A DNA stretch of 62,126 bases, filler included, from Sphacelaria rigidula (taxonomy: Eukaryota), in the NCBI GenBank assembly GCA_964200075.2. It is 4 parts of 4 records of this genome, joined end to end, with 100 filler letters (N's around TTAATTAATTAA, not from the genome) between each part and the next. Parts side by side here need not be neighbours in the genome. Positions count along the whole stretch, not along the records: positions 1 to 15,459 come from CAXNAA020001736.1; 3 more parts are not named here. One strand, written 5' to 3'. Positions 1-13,070 of the stretch are shown one piece after another. The notes under the pieces are model-generated. The model was not told the origin of the DNA, did no database searches, and was given only the letters and a program-made list of their open reading frames with translations. A program made the position numbers and the translations under genes. Numbering within the stretch: the first letter of the stretch is position 1; each line of letters starts with the position of its first letter.

Positions 1-243
1 ATCGTTTGATGCATTAGACAGTAGGGAGAAAACGATGGCTATACTAGAAGATAAATAGTGGCCAGAGACGGCAAAACAGGACGGGGATAGGATATGTGAG
101 AGGTTTTGTGTAATGTATGGGAGAAACGTAATGAGCGCCGGAATGTTGGAGGCGTCTCTATCAGGAGTAGGAACGGTGTCCGTCGCGAAAGGGATGCGTG
201 GTCAATGGTCAAATGACTAAGGCAAGCAACAAATGAATACACC
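1..243 (+). mobile_element. 3' end fragment of a probable non-LTR retrotransposon (structured 70-nt terminal-motif family)
   Basis: Highly similar to the reverse complement of 15213-15459. Ends in the motif GTCCGTCGCGAAAGGGATGCGTGGTCAATGGTCAAATGACTAAGGCAAGCAACAAATGAATACACC, which has relatives at 7 other sites. Confidence 0.6.
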
Positions 244-664
244 GTCCTCCTATCGTAACATGACTCTCCCATTGATCTGGAAGACACAGCTCCGCAGGAA
301 CGTATTTGTCCGCAAACTCCACTTGCACTTCATCCGCCGACCGATGCGCCGCTATTCCCACTTGACGCTACGGCTGCGCAAGCTGCTCAAGCTGCGCAGG
401 CGAAGACGCCCCGGCAGGGTCAAACGCCACCGCCGGCGGGTACGACCCCAGCCAGCGGACCAAGAAATTTGGTGAACCGCCGACCAGCGCATCAGCAGGC
501 GTCGCGCCTGGCGCTGCTGCCGGTGTCGCCACCGGCGCCACCACCGGCGCTGGCGCAGTGTTCGACAGTGTATAAATCGATCCCACCTGCACCGCGCGTT
601 GCGGAGCAGCAGCACCTACGGCGGCGCCAGACCCAGAACCAGGCCCATGCTGACTTCGCTGCCC

Positions 665-720
665 CTGCTGCTGCTAATGCTACTGCTGCTGATGCTGCTG
701 ATGCTGCTGATGCTGCTGAG
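665..720. repeat. (GCT/GAT)n trinucleotide low-complexity tract
   Basis: ctgctgctgctaatgctactgctgctgatgctgctgatgctgctgatgctgctg. Confidence 0.8.
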
Positions 721-1636
721 AACTCGACTGCGACCCTCCACCGCCGGAGGATCCGCCGCCGCCACCACCCCGATCACCTCGTTCTTTGCCCTTGTGCTGA
801 CGATGCTGATGGCGCGCGGCATGAGACTGCCCAGACTCTCCACAGGAAGACGGTAGGGAATCGCGCGCGTAATGGCCGACCTTGCCACAGCGGCGGCAGG
901 TGATGGTCGCGGGGCAGCCGGCAGATTTCGAGCCGTGGTGGCGTAAAGACTTCGGCGTGGAGGTGGACGACTGGCCGAACATCTCTATCTTCCGCCACTC
1001 TTTGGCCTCGGTCAAGACGGTGTTCATTACCAGGTAAGGGTCGGCCTCCCAATTGGTTTCGTGCTGCAACTTAGCAAGCACTGTTTGCTTAAATGTTTCC
1101 GGCACCAACCCCTTCGCCAAAGCCTTGGTGACTACTGCAGCCGGGCCGGGAATGGACTTACCATCGGGGGAACGATATGCGAGTTCCACGTTCGGGTTTT
1201 CCGAGAAGTATTTCTCCAGATTGGACAGGATTGACCCCACCCGCTCTAGCACCGTCTTTCTCCGGGACGCCATGGCAACAGCTTTCGCCACGGCCGCGGA
1301 AGCTTGGGTTAACTCCACCTCGGCGCCCGCCGCATGCCCAGTATGCTTTTTTATCGCCGCAACCAATTGCGGTGGTGTTATTATGCTCTCATCATGTTCC
1401 ACACGAGCAAACACTCTCTGCACATGCGTCGGCACTTGTTCAGCCCCCAACACTACCTGATGTCGCACAGCACCTCCTGCGTTTGCGTGCTCCACACGCT
1501 TCCTGTACTCCATGTACTTGGTGTCGAAAGTGCGGGATGAACTCTCGGAGTACCTATTCCCGTATTGGGGAGGTCGCAACTCTTCCCGCATGAACACGGG
1601 CGTCACGATAGACGCAGCACGCGAGCCGGTCGCCAT
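680..1636 (-). pseudogene. Retrotransposon Gag-like protein with degenerate CCHC zinc knuckle(s)
   Basis: 318-aa ORF containing CRRCGKVGHYARD(S), i.e. CX2CX4HX4C with the last Cys lost, followed by a second decayed knuckle (CGESGQS). Aligns by eye with the gag remnant at 14546-14959. Confidence 0.7.
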
Positions 1637-2277
1637 AACAGCGGCCGGCTACCTGCGAACCTTTCGCAGGCCAGCGGACCGTCGCGAATTGCATATTTCA
1701 ACCTTGCTTCGTCGCCGCACCACACAGGCGTAGGAGCCTCCAAACTCCCGCTGTACGCAGCTTCAGCAAGTCTCCAGTTTGGATCAATCATAGGCCAACC
1801 GTCTTTCTGCCGATCAAGTCAGCTTGTACCCCCTCCGCGCGTTCGTGGTGAATCAGGTTGTCCCCAGCTACCAGACTCTCCCGCCGAAATTCTTCCAGCA
1901 GGTTCCGCTAGGTACTAGCTCCAGCACAAATATCGATATTGTGGCGCCAGCCAAAAAAAAGAGCTGGTGGATCACTGCTGTGGAGGGACTCCTCAGTCTC
2001 ACTGGGCTCAGTTTCAGTTGTCAGCCTTTACAACAACTAATTATCCCGAGTGCACTTCCAGGTACGGCCTCCTAGACACGCCAGGGTATCATCCTCGTGT
2101 CCCCCGTCATTATCCAGATCACTGTCATGAGGAGCATACTAGCCTGTTGTCATGCCACCTCAGACCCGTTGCTGAGTCTGGCTGCATACTTCATCCCACC
2201 CTATTTTATGACTGCAGGTTTCTCCAGAGTTGATCGGATACGAGGGTGAACTTGTATATGGTAGGGATCGTAATTAC

Positions 2278-2583
2278 CGCCGCGCCCCGGTGGTGGAATG
2301 GTCCGACTATCGCCATGAGTGTGGAGAGAACGGGGGTTCGATTCCCGCTGCGTTGGGATTTTTCTTCGTGCTGTATGATTTCCACCGTGAAAAGCGTTAG
2401 AACGCGAGTGAACAAAGTAGTCGGCTGGGTTTGTGTGACGTGAGTTGACACGGTGCTGGAGTGCCAACCCGATTCGCGAGACCAAAATGAAAGGCACGTA
2501 CCGGGGGAGAGATGGGTTGATCCCTCGAAACCACGGACTCATCTCGAGGAAGGTGATGGGTTCAAAGTGTGAAAAAAAAAAAA
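2278..2583 (+). mobile_element. tRNA-derived SINE, copy 1 (~300 bp)
   Basis: A box TGGTGGAATGG, B box GGTTCGATTCC, unique body and poly(A) tail at 2572-2583. Homologous copies at 22276-22582 and 27938-28244. Confidence 0.85.
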
Positions 2584-2634
2584 GTAACGTGGGCAACAGC
2601 CCTCTGGCTGCACTACCCACACCCCTGAGCGAAG

Positions 2635-2915
2635 TCTGATATCACGGTGAGACTGAGTGATTGAGCGTGAGGGGTCGGATACGAAGAAGACCTGAGATTA
2701 AGTGATCAAGGAGAGATATTATCATACCTGCACGTGGCATTCTGATACGTTGGACACATGAGACACGAGGATGGTGCCAGCGGGTGATACAGCCGCGAGG
2801 TCCCTTCGCTTCGGGTGGGTTCTCAACCTCTTTTCTGGTTCCCTTGCCTTGCCCAGTGAGCCTGTGCTTGTCATACATCCGGCACAACCCTATCACATTG
2901 GCGTTCGACTAAGGA
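2635..2915 (+). mobile_element. Putative 5' LTR and primer-binding site of the gypsy element
   Basis: Inverted termini T(C)TGATA...TATCACA (2635-2897), followed at once by TTGGCGTTCGAC (TGG-type PBS). No 3' LTR on the contig to confirm. Confidence 0.45.
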
Positions 2916-3955
2916 GTCCCTTCGTTTGATATTGTCTTTCCCCTCGTAGAATAGACCGTCTCTTTGCTTTCTTGAATCAGTTACACACGGTCTGTACTCG
3001 CACGTCCTTGTCAACTTTTAATTACCTTCGATTGTGCTGAAGTCAAATCTACTATATTTTAGGGTCATTTTTGTTTTTCCTGCGTAGTGGTCAGGCGCTT
3101 GCTACTGTAAGCTTTCCCCCTGTGTTACCCCGTGCATCTTTGTTGTACGACTTGACATCCTTGCTGCAGCGTTTTACTGCACACCTCGTGCTACGCTGCG
3201 TCAACCGACGCCAGTCGCGTCCGCTCAACTTTGCTGCTTTTTTGCAAACTGCATACCTGCGTCAAACGAACACACTCCCGCACCATCGCTGGCTTGAGTA
3301 CCTTTGTTTTCGTTGCTCGTTCTTTTCTGGCAGGAGAAGCTTTCTCCTACAACATTTCCAATAGGACACATCGCACAGTGGGCTAGTTGCTACACTCTCT
3401 GCTGTTTTTACTGCTCTGTAGCCCTTTTGCCAGCCGAGGAACCCTGCCGCTTTGGCACTTAGGTGCCAACTGTTCATGGTATCTCGCAGGTTTTTCACGG
3501 GCCCCTTCGTAACATAACCCTTTCTCCTTACCAGGTTACCGCAAACATTTGTACACGAAGTTCGTCCACGTTCTGGCATCTTTGCTGTGTCGCGACCAAC
3601 GTCAACGCTTTACCTTCTTTTTTCTCTTCCAGTGTGCTTCGCACACCTGATAAAGCAGCGCCGCACAAGCCAAAACCCGATTATTATAATTACACAGCTC
3701 CGACAGCTCTGATATCATCATGCACTGAACCCTTCTCGGCTGAATATCTCCGAGACACTTTCCAATCGCGACAGTGCGCGTCTCTGGCATGTTCAGCCTG
3801 TCAGCTGCCGGTCCCCCCTCCCACACACACAGCTCAGATAGTTGTGGCGACTTCCAAACACGACGCTTCACTTGACACGCCGCATTGATAATTTCCAGAC
3901 CTACGGTACCTGCTCACTTAGAGCACGCGGCACTCAAAACCAGTGCGCCGAAAAG

Positions 3956-4580
3956 CGAGAATTTTCTCTGCTTTCACCGTCACACTGCTTATACAGAGTA
4001 TAGGCAGTAGGCTGCCCCCGTCTCTACCTGTTTTACATTGCGCCGCGGCTAAGCACTGACTGTGTGCGAAACATTTCTCTGCTTTCATCGGCACACTGTT
4101 ATACAGAGTACAGACAGTAGGCTTCCCCCGTCCCTACCTGTTTTACATTGCGCCGCGACCCAGCACTGACTGTGTGCAAGAACTTTCTCTGCTTTCACTA
4201 GCACAGTGTTTATACAGAGTACAGACAGTAGGACACCCTCGTTTCTACCTGTTTTACCTTGCGTCGCGGCCCAGCACTGACTGTGAGCGAGGACTTTCTC
4301 TGCTGTTCACCGGCACACTGTTTATACAGAGTACAGACAGTAGGCCGCCCTTGTTTTTACCTGTTTTACCTTGTGCCGCGGCTAAACCCTGCCTGTGTGC
4401 GAGAATTTCCCCTGCTTCCACCGGTACACTGTTTATGCAGAGTACAGACAGTAGGCCACCCTCGTTTCTACCTGTTTTACATCGCGCCGCGGCCCAGCAC
4501 TGACTGTGTGCGATAATTTTCTCTGCTTTCACCGGCACACTATATATACAAAGTGAAGACAGCAGGCTGCCCCCGCCTTC
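3956..4580. repeat. Tandem array of ~111-bp units, ~5.5 copies
   Basis: TTTCTCTGCTTTCA...TATACAGAGTACAGACAGTAGG...CTACCTGTTTTAC...CAGCACTGACTGTG units start near 3963, 4074, 4184, 4295, 4406 and 4518. Confidence 0.95.
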
Positions 4581-5458
4581 ACGGTACATAAATTACTGAG
4601 ACGTACAGCATAGAAGCACATCATCCTCGTTATTGCATTTATTGCAACCCATCAGCACGCCCCGTTCTGAGTACCCCATTTTTGTTTTTCCATTCAAGTG
4701 TTCCGGCCCCCAAAATACGAAAAAAACCGGCCACCTCGTACTTCGTTGTTCAACTGCGGCTCTTTTCCTGCCGACTGTATTTTTTATTCACTGCGGCATT
4801 TTCGTACTCTGATGTCTTCAATTACTACATCACGGCACTGTTCCCTAGTTTGGAGCATTCGTTCGGACACGAGCGCCCTTTATTCTCTCTGGCGACACAC
4901 TACTTCCCTGCCTTTTCAATCGCGACACTCGTGGCACCTCCCACACTTATATTCCGCCTATCGTCCAGCTCCTTGCGCTTATAGATCGCGCCAAGTAGTT
5001 CTGATAACTGTTTCGAAGCTTTCAGAACCGTACAGTCAACGCCGCCGACACCCCCCCCCTCATTATGTCGCAACCCATTAGCCCGGATTCCTCCTCCGGT
5101 TCGTGAGACCCACGGCCCCGCCGTACACAAAGCCATGACTAATGCCGAGATAGCCCCCCACACAAAGTGTACCGGAGACCGTCCAACAAACGGGCTGCGA
5201 TCCCCCTATTGTGCTCGTTTGCAGCAACTTCGTTCAAGTGAGAGGCGTGTAGCAGTCTGAAATCAGCTATAACGCCCAAATGAGTCGCGTCGTGCAGCAC
5301 GAAATCAGCTCTGACGCATTTTTTTATCATCGCCTTCGTGCACGTTTTTGGCCGGTTCGGAGGGGGGCTATTCCGGCAGCAGTCCCATATTAATCACCGT
5401 TCTCGCCACATCGGGAAAGGGGGTATTTCACCTGCAACTCTACGACAACAACCTAAGA

Positions 5459-5627
5459 GCGCTGCTCTATCTACGGGACTTGAAGACCAGCAGCCTGCAA
5501 AGTCGAGACTGCCTCACGACGTAACATTCCGTGGCGTCTAAACACCAGGCGCTGCTCTATGTACGGGACTTGAAGACAAGAAGCCTAAAAAGTCAAGGTT
5601 GCCTCACGATGTAACAAGTCGTGGCGG
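5459..5627 (+). repeat. 90-bp direct duplication
   Basis: GCGCTGCTCTAT.TACGGGACTTGAAGAC...GCCTCACGA.GTAACA occurs twice, 90 bp apart. Confidence 0.85.
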
Positions 5628-6402
5628 CTTGACAGCAGTCGCGGCTGCAACACCCATGTCCCACGATGAAACATCCCGTGACGATTCGATACCGGCTAGT
5701 GCCAAAGCACCCTCCTCACTGACAAAGGCTCTCCCGGATGCCGTTCTGGGATCCGCGGCTAGGATGACGCCCTTGGTTGAGCCTACAGCGGTGGCTTCTT
5801 CCATGGCGCCCAGTTCAGATACAACCAACCTTTCGACAACCCCGTCGAAGCGGCCCGCTCCCGGTGTTCGAAATACTGCCACGGGTGTTGTTTCTGTCTG
5901 AAGTCCTCACTTTCGACCTCTGGTAGTCCGACGCGCCGAACTTCGCCATCTGGTCCTGGAGCCATGGTTGAGGCCATTAATACGGCTCTCCAGAACTCAG
6001 CCAATGCTTCACATGGCTCCAGAACCTTGTACGATGCCACGATACATACTCAGGCACCCCGCAAATTGTCCGCGACGCTCGACGTTCGGAAACCGCCGCC
6101 GCACGTCATGACCCCCAGTTGTCACTGCGCGATCTGTACAACCCCCGAGAGGAAGCCAAGATGGAGATAATTCTCACCTATCCTCCGCTCCCTACGGAAG
6201 CGGGGCCCGTGCCCCCCGCCATCATAGGTCGACGTCACGTGATAGGCATAACAACGACAGCCATCCCCACGGGGGTAGCTCAGGGCACAGTCGTCAACCC
6301 TCACGTGGTTCTCGACGATCGTCCAGAAATAGCTACACAAGTGGTCGCGTTCCGTCCATCAGTCACTCGCAACGCCGACAACATTTACGTAATGATTACA
6401 CT

Positions 6403-7458
6403 GTGCATATAGACGATGTCAGAAATATCATTTCTCAGCTATCATCGGACCCAGCTTCGTCGATTGAGAAAGTCAGCTACAACTCTTCTTTCGAGCCACG
6501 ACGTCATCATAGACGAGCTCGAGCCAACCGCGATGTACCGTTCCGCTCCGCTACCGACACTATCCGCTTGCTCCAACGGCAGGTTTCAGATCTACAACGC
6601 TCACCCAAGCACACCATGGTCTCCTCCAAGACTTCGCCCACCACACCCTCGGTAACTACTGCGACCACCGCGGCAACGACTGCTGCCCCTGCCACGACCA
6701 CTACCGGTTCGATCGCTGTTACTGCCGCCCCTGCCACCGTAGGCGGTACCCACACCGATGACAGGTCTCCGACCAGATCCTCAACAACCTCCGCCGCCCT
6801 ATCAGCACAACCACAGCCGCAGTTGATTGAAGAGTTCTGCCCAGCGGGCTATCTTGTGTGCCAGTTCATGAAACACGATTGTGGCGCCAAAAACCGCATC
6901 ATCGCCTGCTACCGAGCCGCAACCCCGGCACCGGTACTACCGGTCGCCACTCCGACGTCGGTACCTATGGTCGCCACCCCGGTGCTGGCAGGTGTGGAGC
7001 CGACATCTCGCGACGTGCCGGATAACTGTGCCGCCGACGAGAACGCAATCTGTCTCCTCCGCAAGGAGTACAACACCCGGCAGACAAATCTACAGCGAGA
7101 CGTGGACACCACCACCGCTGCACATTCCGCTGCCAATCGCGCTCAGGCCGAACACCATTCAGTCATTGAGGCCGGCCGACGCAACGCTGCGGAGCTTGCG
7201 GCGCACATCACCCGGACCACTGATCACGCGGCATCCGCTGCGAGTCTCCTTAGCGATCATGAGGCCACCTGGGCTCGCGCTACGTCGCTCCATGATCCGC
7301 AGCACTTTCAGAGATCCCCCGCGGCTTCTCCGCCTTCAGACCCGGCCTCTTCGTCTTCTTCGGTGTACTGTATCCCCCGCAAGTCGGAATCCGCTACCGC
7401 GACCACAGGGGCCGATGACCAGCCTCGCCTCGCCCTTCCCACCCACGAGGCCACGTAG
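6403..7458 (+). pseudogene. Low-complexity Thr/Ala/Ser-rich ORF inside the gypsy element (extra ORF or N-terminal gag region)
   Basis: 351-aa ORF between the putative LTR and the gag zinc knuckle. No recognisable domain; flanked by interrupted ORFs on the same strand. Confidence 0.35.
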
Positions 7459-8378
7459 CTTGTACATACTGTTCGCGACTTCTAGGCCAACGTTTCGGTC
7501 GATCACCCCCTACAAAGTTCCAGGGACGCTTGGACCGCCGTCCACCATAGAGTTCTCGTTTGCTTGGGTCAATACCTTGACCAAGGCGCACATGTTCCGG
7601 GCTCCGACCCGCACTCCCTGACGCTCGCCCAGCTCGTGGGGCACGCGCAGACGAACCCCGATAATGGTGTCAGTACCTACAACAGGGCAGCACGCGGCCT
7701 TTTACCGGCCTTAAGAGATGCTTACCATTCGGGCACCTCCGCTGACGACGATAACAATAATGACGAAGACACCTGGGCTCCGGTCACCGCGAGCTGTCGG
7801 CCGCCCAAGCGCTACCCCAACAATGATGACCATCGGGTGGCGGACGCGGTGGTCACCGCGACGGTCCCGGATCTTCCGGCGGAGGACTAAAAGGCTCTAA
7901 CTCACGCCGAACGGGACGATCCAAGCAATAACCGACCCGGAAGCGTACGGCCTCCGGCTCGTCGGACAATTCTTCCGGAAAGCCCCGCAACAGGACCTGC
8001 TCAGCGACGGACCCACCATCGGTCAATTCGATCAATATAAGGCGAGCAAAACCTCGTTAGGCTGATGTTTCCCGCTAGATATCAGGCTTGTCTGACACTG
8101 ATCTCAAAGATCGACCTCTATCTTCGACCTCGGCCCGCACTCTAGCTGCCACCGCGGCTGGCCGAGAACAGAATGCAGCTCTTGAGGCTGCAGCAGCTGC
8201 TAAGGCTGAGGCTGCTCGGGTAGCAGCTATTTAAAGAGAGTGCATTCAGATCGGTGTCAAGAAACTTTAGCATATTAAAAACCACGCCCGCAGTGGTCAA
8301 TGAGGACTCGGGACAGTTTACCTCGAGTCTAATTCACTCCATCCGTCGTACTGTACGAGATATGCTTCCGTAGACGCA

Positions 8379-8834
8379 ATGTGGACAGCTCTTGTCCATC
8401 AAGAAAGCAACCTAACTCCTGCCATTCGGGGTGACAAGTATTTGTCTTCGCGTTCACAGCCTGCCGCTGTCACCTCCGCGAACACCTACGGGTCTCGCGA
8501 ACAGAATTCGAATTCATCGCGGGCTACATGGACCCCCGACTCTGTCGCCGATTCATTAATAAGTGTTAGAGGTAACAAGGACCCATTTTGCGCGAGGTTT
8601 GACGGATGGCCGAACTCTGCAGAGACATGGGACGATATTTACTTGACTTCTACGACAGTTTTTATCACAAATAATTCCCATTTATGGAGCCCGCTTCTGT
8701 CTTCCTCGGCTAGACGCGACGCTTTCAGCCGCCACGCCACTAGCGGTGCCAACTGCAATGTACAAGACCACAGCATGCGTGACTGTGAAAACTCATGCAT
8801 CAACGCATTCGACCTCATAAGCCCTAAACTGTAG
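8379..8834 (+). pseudogene. Gypsy gag C-terminal remnant with degenerate zinc knuckle
   Basis: GANCNVQDHSMRDC (~8745-8786) matches CX2CX4HX4C with the first Cys changed to Gly. Lies upstream of the protease-RT remnants. Confidence 0.6.
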
Positions 8835-9162
8835 GACAATGAGCCCGCATGGCGCCGATGGCAATAACGAATGCGCGACTATCGTATCCCAGGTCGGAAT
8901 AATCGCAACCACTCGAAGGTAACTATCGCTTTAATCGCGATCGCCGACAAAACAACAATAATGCAACCCCCACCGGGAAGATAAATTCTTCTTGTGGAAA
9001 CAAACAGTCGCTGATGGACACCAGCGGACGGGACCGACACAAAGCTCGGACCCCAACACCAGAAACCCTGGTACCTTGACTTCGGATCGCGTAGACCCAT
9101 GACGTGCTGACGCCGGCGTTCTAAAGTTTCCCACGCCGCCGACAGCACTTGCGAAAACGTCT

Positions 9163-9393
9163 TCAACACAGCCCGCGGACCCCGTGACTACGATTACTTA
9201 CCCGACTCCCCCGGCACTATCCAGGAGCACAGCAGACGGCCGTTCAAATCGAGCCCAATCCCCACCCTCCACACACCTTTCAACACAGCCCGCAGAACCC
9301 GCGATTAAGATTGCTCGCCCGGTTCCCCCGGCGCTACGCAGGAGCGCAGCTGACGGCCATTCATTTCGACCCTCGTCTCCACCCCTCCACACA
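9163..9393 (+). repeat. ~117-bp direct duplication in the gag-pol linker
   Basis: CAACACAGCCCGC.GA.CCCG...CCCCCGGC.CTA..CAGGAGC.CAGC.GACGGCC occurs twice. Confidence 0.8.
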
Positions 9394-10329
9394 CTGCGCA
9401 ACAATTGTGTGACCCCGCAACTCAAAGCTACACTCGGCCCTGGACTCAGTACAGAGTATAAGTCTGACGTATGGGAGACCCAACCGCCAGTTCCTAGGGC
9501 GAAGGCTTCCCTCAGCGACCGCACGCACAGGTAGTACCACGCCATTTTCAGCTGGCCCAAGTGTTGCTGATTTGAACTTGACCACATCGGATCATGCAAT
9601 ACCCAATCAGTTCGATCGAGCTCCTTCCCCACGATTTTCAACACGCGCGGAACCATCCTTGGCCATTTCTAACAACACCCGCCTCAAATTACCTTCGGCT
9701 ATGATTCCCCAGCCAAGCTTGCCTACGGAAAGCCCACAAGTTTCGCTCGATCATGCCGAGATGCTGACCCCATCCACCCGACTGGATGCAGTTGTGGCAT
9801 CCCAACATTTTTTGGAAAACCCCCGACGTTTGTCACGGCGAAAGAGTAAGTCCCGTGAGGATGCCCCCAAGCAAGCACGAGCATCATCACGTACACCTCT
9901 CTCGAGCGGAAAACCTCCACCTCAATCTCTCCAAGACACGACGACTTTGAGCTCGATGGCCCTATCAAGTGTCACGGAAGAAACAAAACCAAATATTTCT
10001 GACGTCACTGCTTCTTCACTCGACGACCCCAGCTCCGCACAATCTGAATCCACCTTGGATAACGATCCCTGTCTACCCAAGACGATCATCTACGAAATCG
10101 CTGATGATCACTCTAACCGTGCCACACCTGGGAATAGTACATCGTCCACCACCTTCCCTGGTGAGAAATCCGACCCACCAGCGGATTAAACGCCGTCCGT
10201 TTCTTCTGTCAGCCTCGCTGATCCTGACTCATTTACCTTGCAGGAACACGGCCCGATTATTGTCGGCGGTAGAGTGTCTGTGGATCCGGCCACTTTCACT
10301 CCACGCGTCGCGATCCACTCTGGCCCAAA

Positions 10330-12720
10330 CTCTACCACGCCTACGAAATGCGTATCCTTGTTGAACAACGGCAGCCCGCAAATACTCATTCGAGAATCAA
10401 CATGAGAACACATAAAGCGGACTGGCGTTGCTACTGCAGCTTGTGAAACCACCACCCAACCTCGAGTATGAGGCGGCTTCGGCAATTCTACCGCACCTCT
10501 GATAACACGAAAATCCGTGCGTCTCAGTGTGCAATTGTTTTCACGACACCACTCGTTCTGCCAGCCTGGCTGTCTGGGCATACATTTTCCCCAACAGCAC
10601 CATGCATCACGTCATATTATTGGGCAGAGATAGCTATATGCGGTTTGATAAACGAACCTACCGCACTCTTCCACCACTACCGCCACAATCCACGCCTGGT
10701 GGAGAATTCAACCTTGAACACTTTGGTACACTCCACGTCGCCCTGGCCTACCAAAAGGATACTCAAGCAACCGGAGCTGCTTACTACCTACGATACAACG
10801 GTAGTATTGGTGTTACACTCTCCGACAATCCTCAACTTGTAGAAGTTGCACTAGTTCGCCGAAATGGCATGCTTGCACTTACGGGTCATTATCTCGCCGA
10901 AATGTTACCCCGTATTGGCGTACCAGCCGACGCAGAACATTTTGTCTCGGCGGGACAACAACTCCTCCCCCTTACGGGCCATCCTAACTTGGAACCCGGC
11001 GATATTTTTGGAATCGCCGCTGCTCCCCTAATGCACATCCCACTCGAGACATGCGTAACAGAGCCTGCGGAGCCCAACGCAACATCTCTGACGGGGTCGA
11101 TCCATTGTGTCGATGGACTTGATTTTGACCTCGCCTCTGCGACCCCACCCCAGGTCCACGCCGTGATTCTTGCCAGTCAACTTCCGATCCTCGTGCTGAA
11201 GTGCTTCAACGCTTATCACCAGACTCTCGGAAGCGTTTCTTGCAAATGTGGAACCAATTACCGCCACACATGCGTGAAATCCATGTCGACCTTCATGGGT
11301 CCGGCTGGGAACCAGCGATGATCCAAGAACGCGGCGATGTCCTGCTGCCGTACCAAGACCGATTTTCTCGATCCAAGACGGATCTTGGCCATTGCAAAAC
11401 GCTGCCCTTTGAGTTTAAACTTTAACCCGACGTCTTACCAATCTCTTCTCGACCATACCGGACAAACCCAATCCTTACCAAGAAGGTTAGCGCCATCGTG
11501 GATGCATGTTTGGGAGCGGGATTAATACAACATTCCTCCTCTCCTTGGGCCTCACCACTTGTGGTCGTTCCCAAAAGGATGGGAGCATACGCATAACCGT
11601 GAAGTACCAACGGTTGAACGGCGTCACTGTGATTGGTGAAATTCCAATCCCCCGTATTAATGAAGTCTTCGACTCCTTAGGCGAAGGAATTATATTCAGC
11701 ACCGTCGACCTCGCTTCTGGATTTTTCCAGAGTGCTATCCACCCTGACACAGTCTCACTTACGGACTTTTGTACCTCGTCCGGGCTCTACGAATGGCTTC
11801 GAATGTCACAAGGCGCTGCCACTGCCCCAGGATACTTTCAACGCTAAATGCAATACGTCACAGAGGAGTTCGAGCACATTATCATGTACCTAGATGACGC
11901 TATCGCTTTCGATGCCTCACCTATTGCACATATCCGCGCTCTACGAGAATTTCTCCCTCGCCTACGAACGCACGACGCGAAAATGTCTCCATTCAAAGCT
12001 CACCTTGGTGCGACTGACTTGGAGTTAGATTTCCCTGGGCATTCCATTTCGTCAGCAGGCCTACATCCGGATACAAAAAACGTCAGGGCGATGACTGACT
12101 TGCCGATGTCAACCGAACATTTTCAACTTCGCTCATTGTTGGGCGGACTATTCTACTACCACAACTTTTGGCCGAACTTATCCATACGGATTCGCCTCCT
12201 TGCCGAGTTACTCAAGAAAGGAGCCGTGTCTGCCTCCACCACCGATATGGAAACATCACCCGCGAATTGCTGAAAACGCTTATCGAAAAGTCGGTACTCT
12301 GCTTCCCTGATTGGGAGGCAGTACAAGATGGCTCTCGCCTTTTCCAACTCCACACAGACGCCAGCACAGACGGATTTGGAGGAGTTTTGAGTCAACCTCA
12401 GATTGATGGCTCCATTCGACCCACCCTCTACTTCAGCCGCGCCACCCTACGCAAGGAGGCCAGCTGGAGCCCCCAGAATTGGAAGGCGGAGTAATCACCT
12501 GGGCCAGTAAGCGCCTCCGATAATATCTATTTCGCGTGCTCTTTGAGATTTACACGGATCATGAGGCACTCGAACAGCTCGCCAAGGTTGGCGAGCACAG
12601 CCCACGTGTACAATGATGGTTGGAGTTCCTGACAGCAGACCAGTATACCTGAAGCACCGTCCAGGCAAAACCAACGGGAACGCTGATCTTCTTTCCCGAC
12701 TACCCCTGCCGCCTACGGCA
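10330..12720 (+). pseudogene. pol: Ty3/gypsy pol pseudogene: aspartic protease, reverse transcriptase, RNase H (no integrase seen)
   Basis: Protease: LLNNGS (decayed DSG) and ILLGRD. RT: SSSPWASPLVVVPK, DGSIRITV, PIPRI, DLASGFFQ, YEWLRMSQG, YLDD (11887-11898). RNase H: LHTDAS, GGVLSQ, YTDHEAL, HRPGKTNGNADLLSRLP. Several stops and frameshifts. Confidence 0.95.
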
Positions 12721-13022
12721 GCGGATTATAGCTCGGCTTACCGTTTAACGAGACCCGATGAACCTGGGGTTTACCCTTTTCGAAGTTTTTTAACGCCCGC
12801 TTATGCCCTCGACCTTCAGTGCCCAGAAAATGGTATGCACATGGGAGGACCTCGCCCTCTACCATATGACACCGTTTTGGGTGTGTTAAAGCCCACAACC
12901 TCCGATTTTGTCGATTTCCGAGCTGTGCTACGATACGGGTTGCACTTTTTGCTCCTGGAGCTTACTGTGCAGCCCAAATCTCTGGGGACAGGACATGGAG
13001 ATACACACAGGGGCCTTTTCGT

Positions 13023-13070
13023 GAATCGGCATCATTTTTAGTCTTTTTCAAATGAAAATGATGCCGATTC
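13023..13070. repeat. Perfect 16-bp inverted repeat (hairpin)
   Basis: GAATCGGCATCATTTT ... AAAATGATGCCGATTC. Confidence 0.85.

Noticed and set aside
175..243. Known self-cleaving ribozyme (hammerhead, HDV-like, twister, pistol)
   Set aside because: No CUGANGA/GAAA core, and the order of pairing elements does not fit HDV-like, twister or pistol topology by eye.
3956..4580. CRISPR-like array
   Set aside because: Whole 111-bp units repeat with no unique spacers, there are no cas genes, and the context is eukaryotic.
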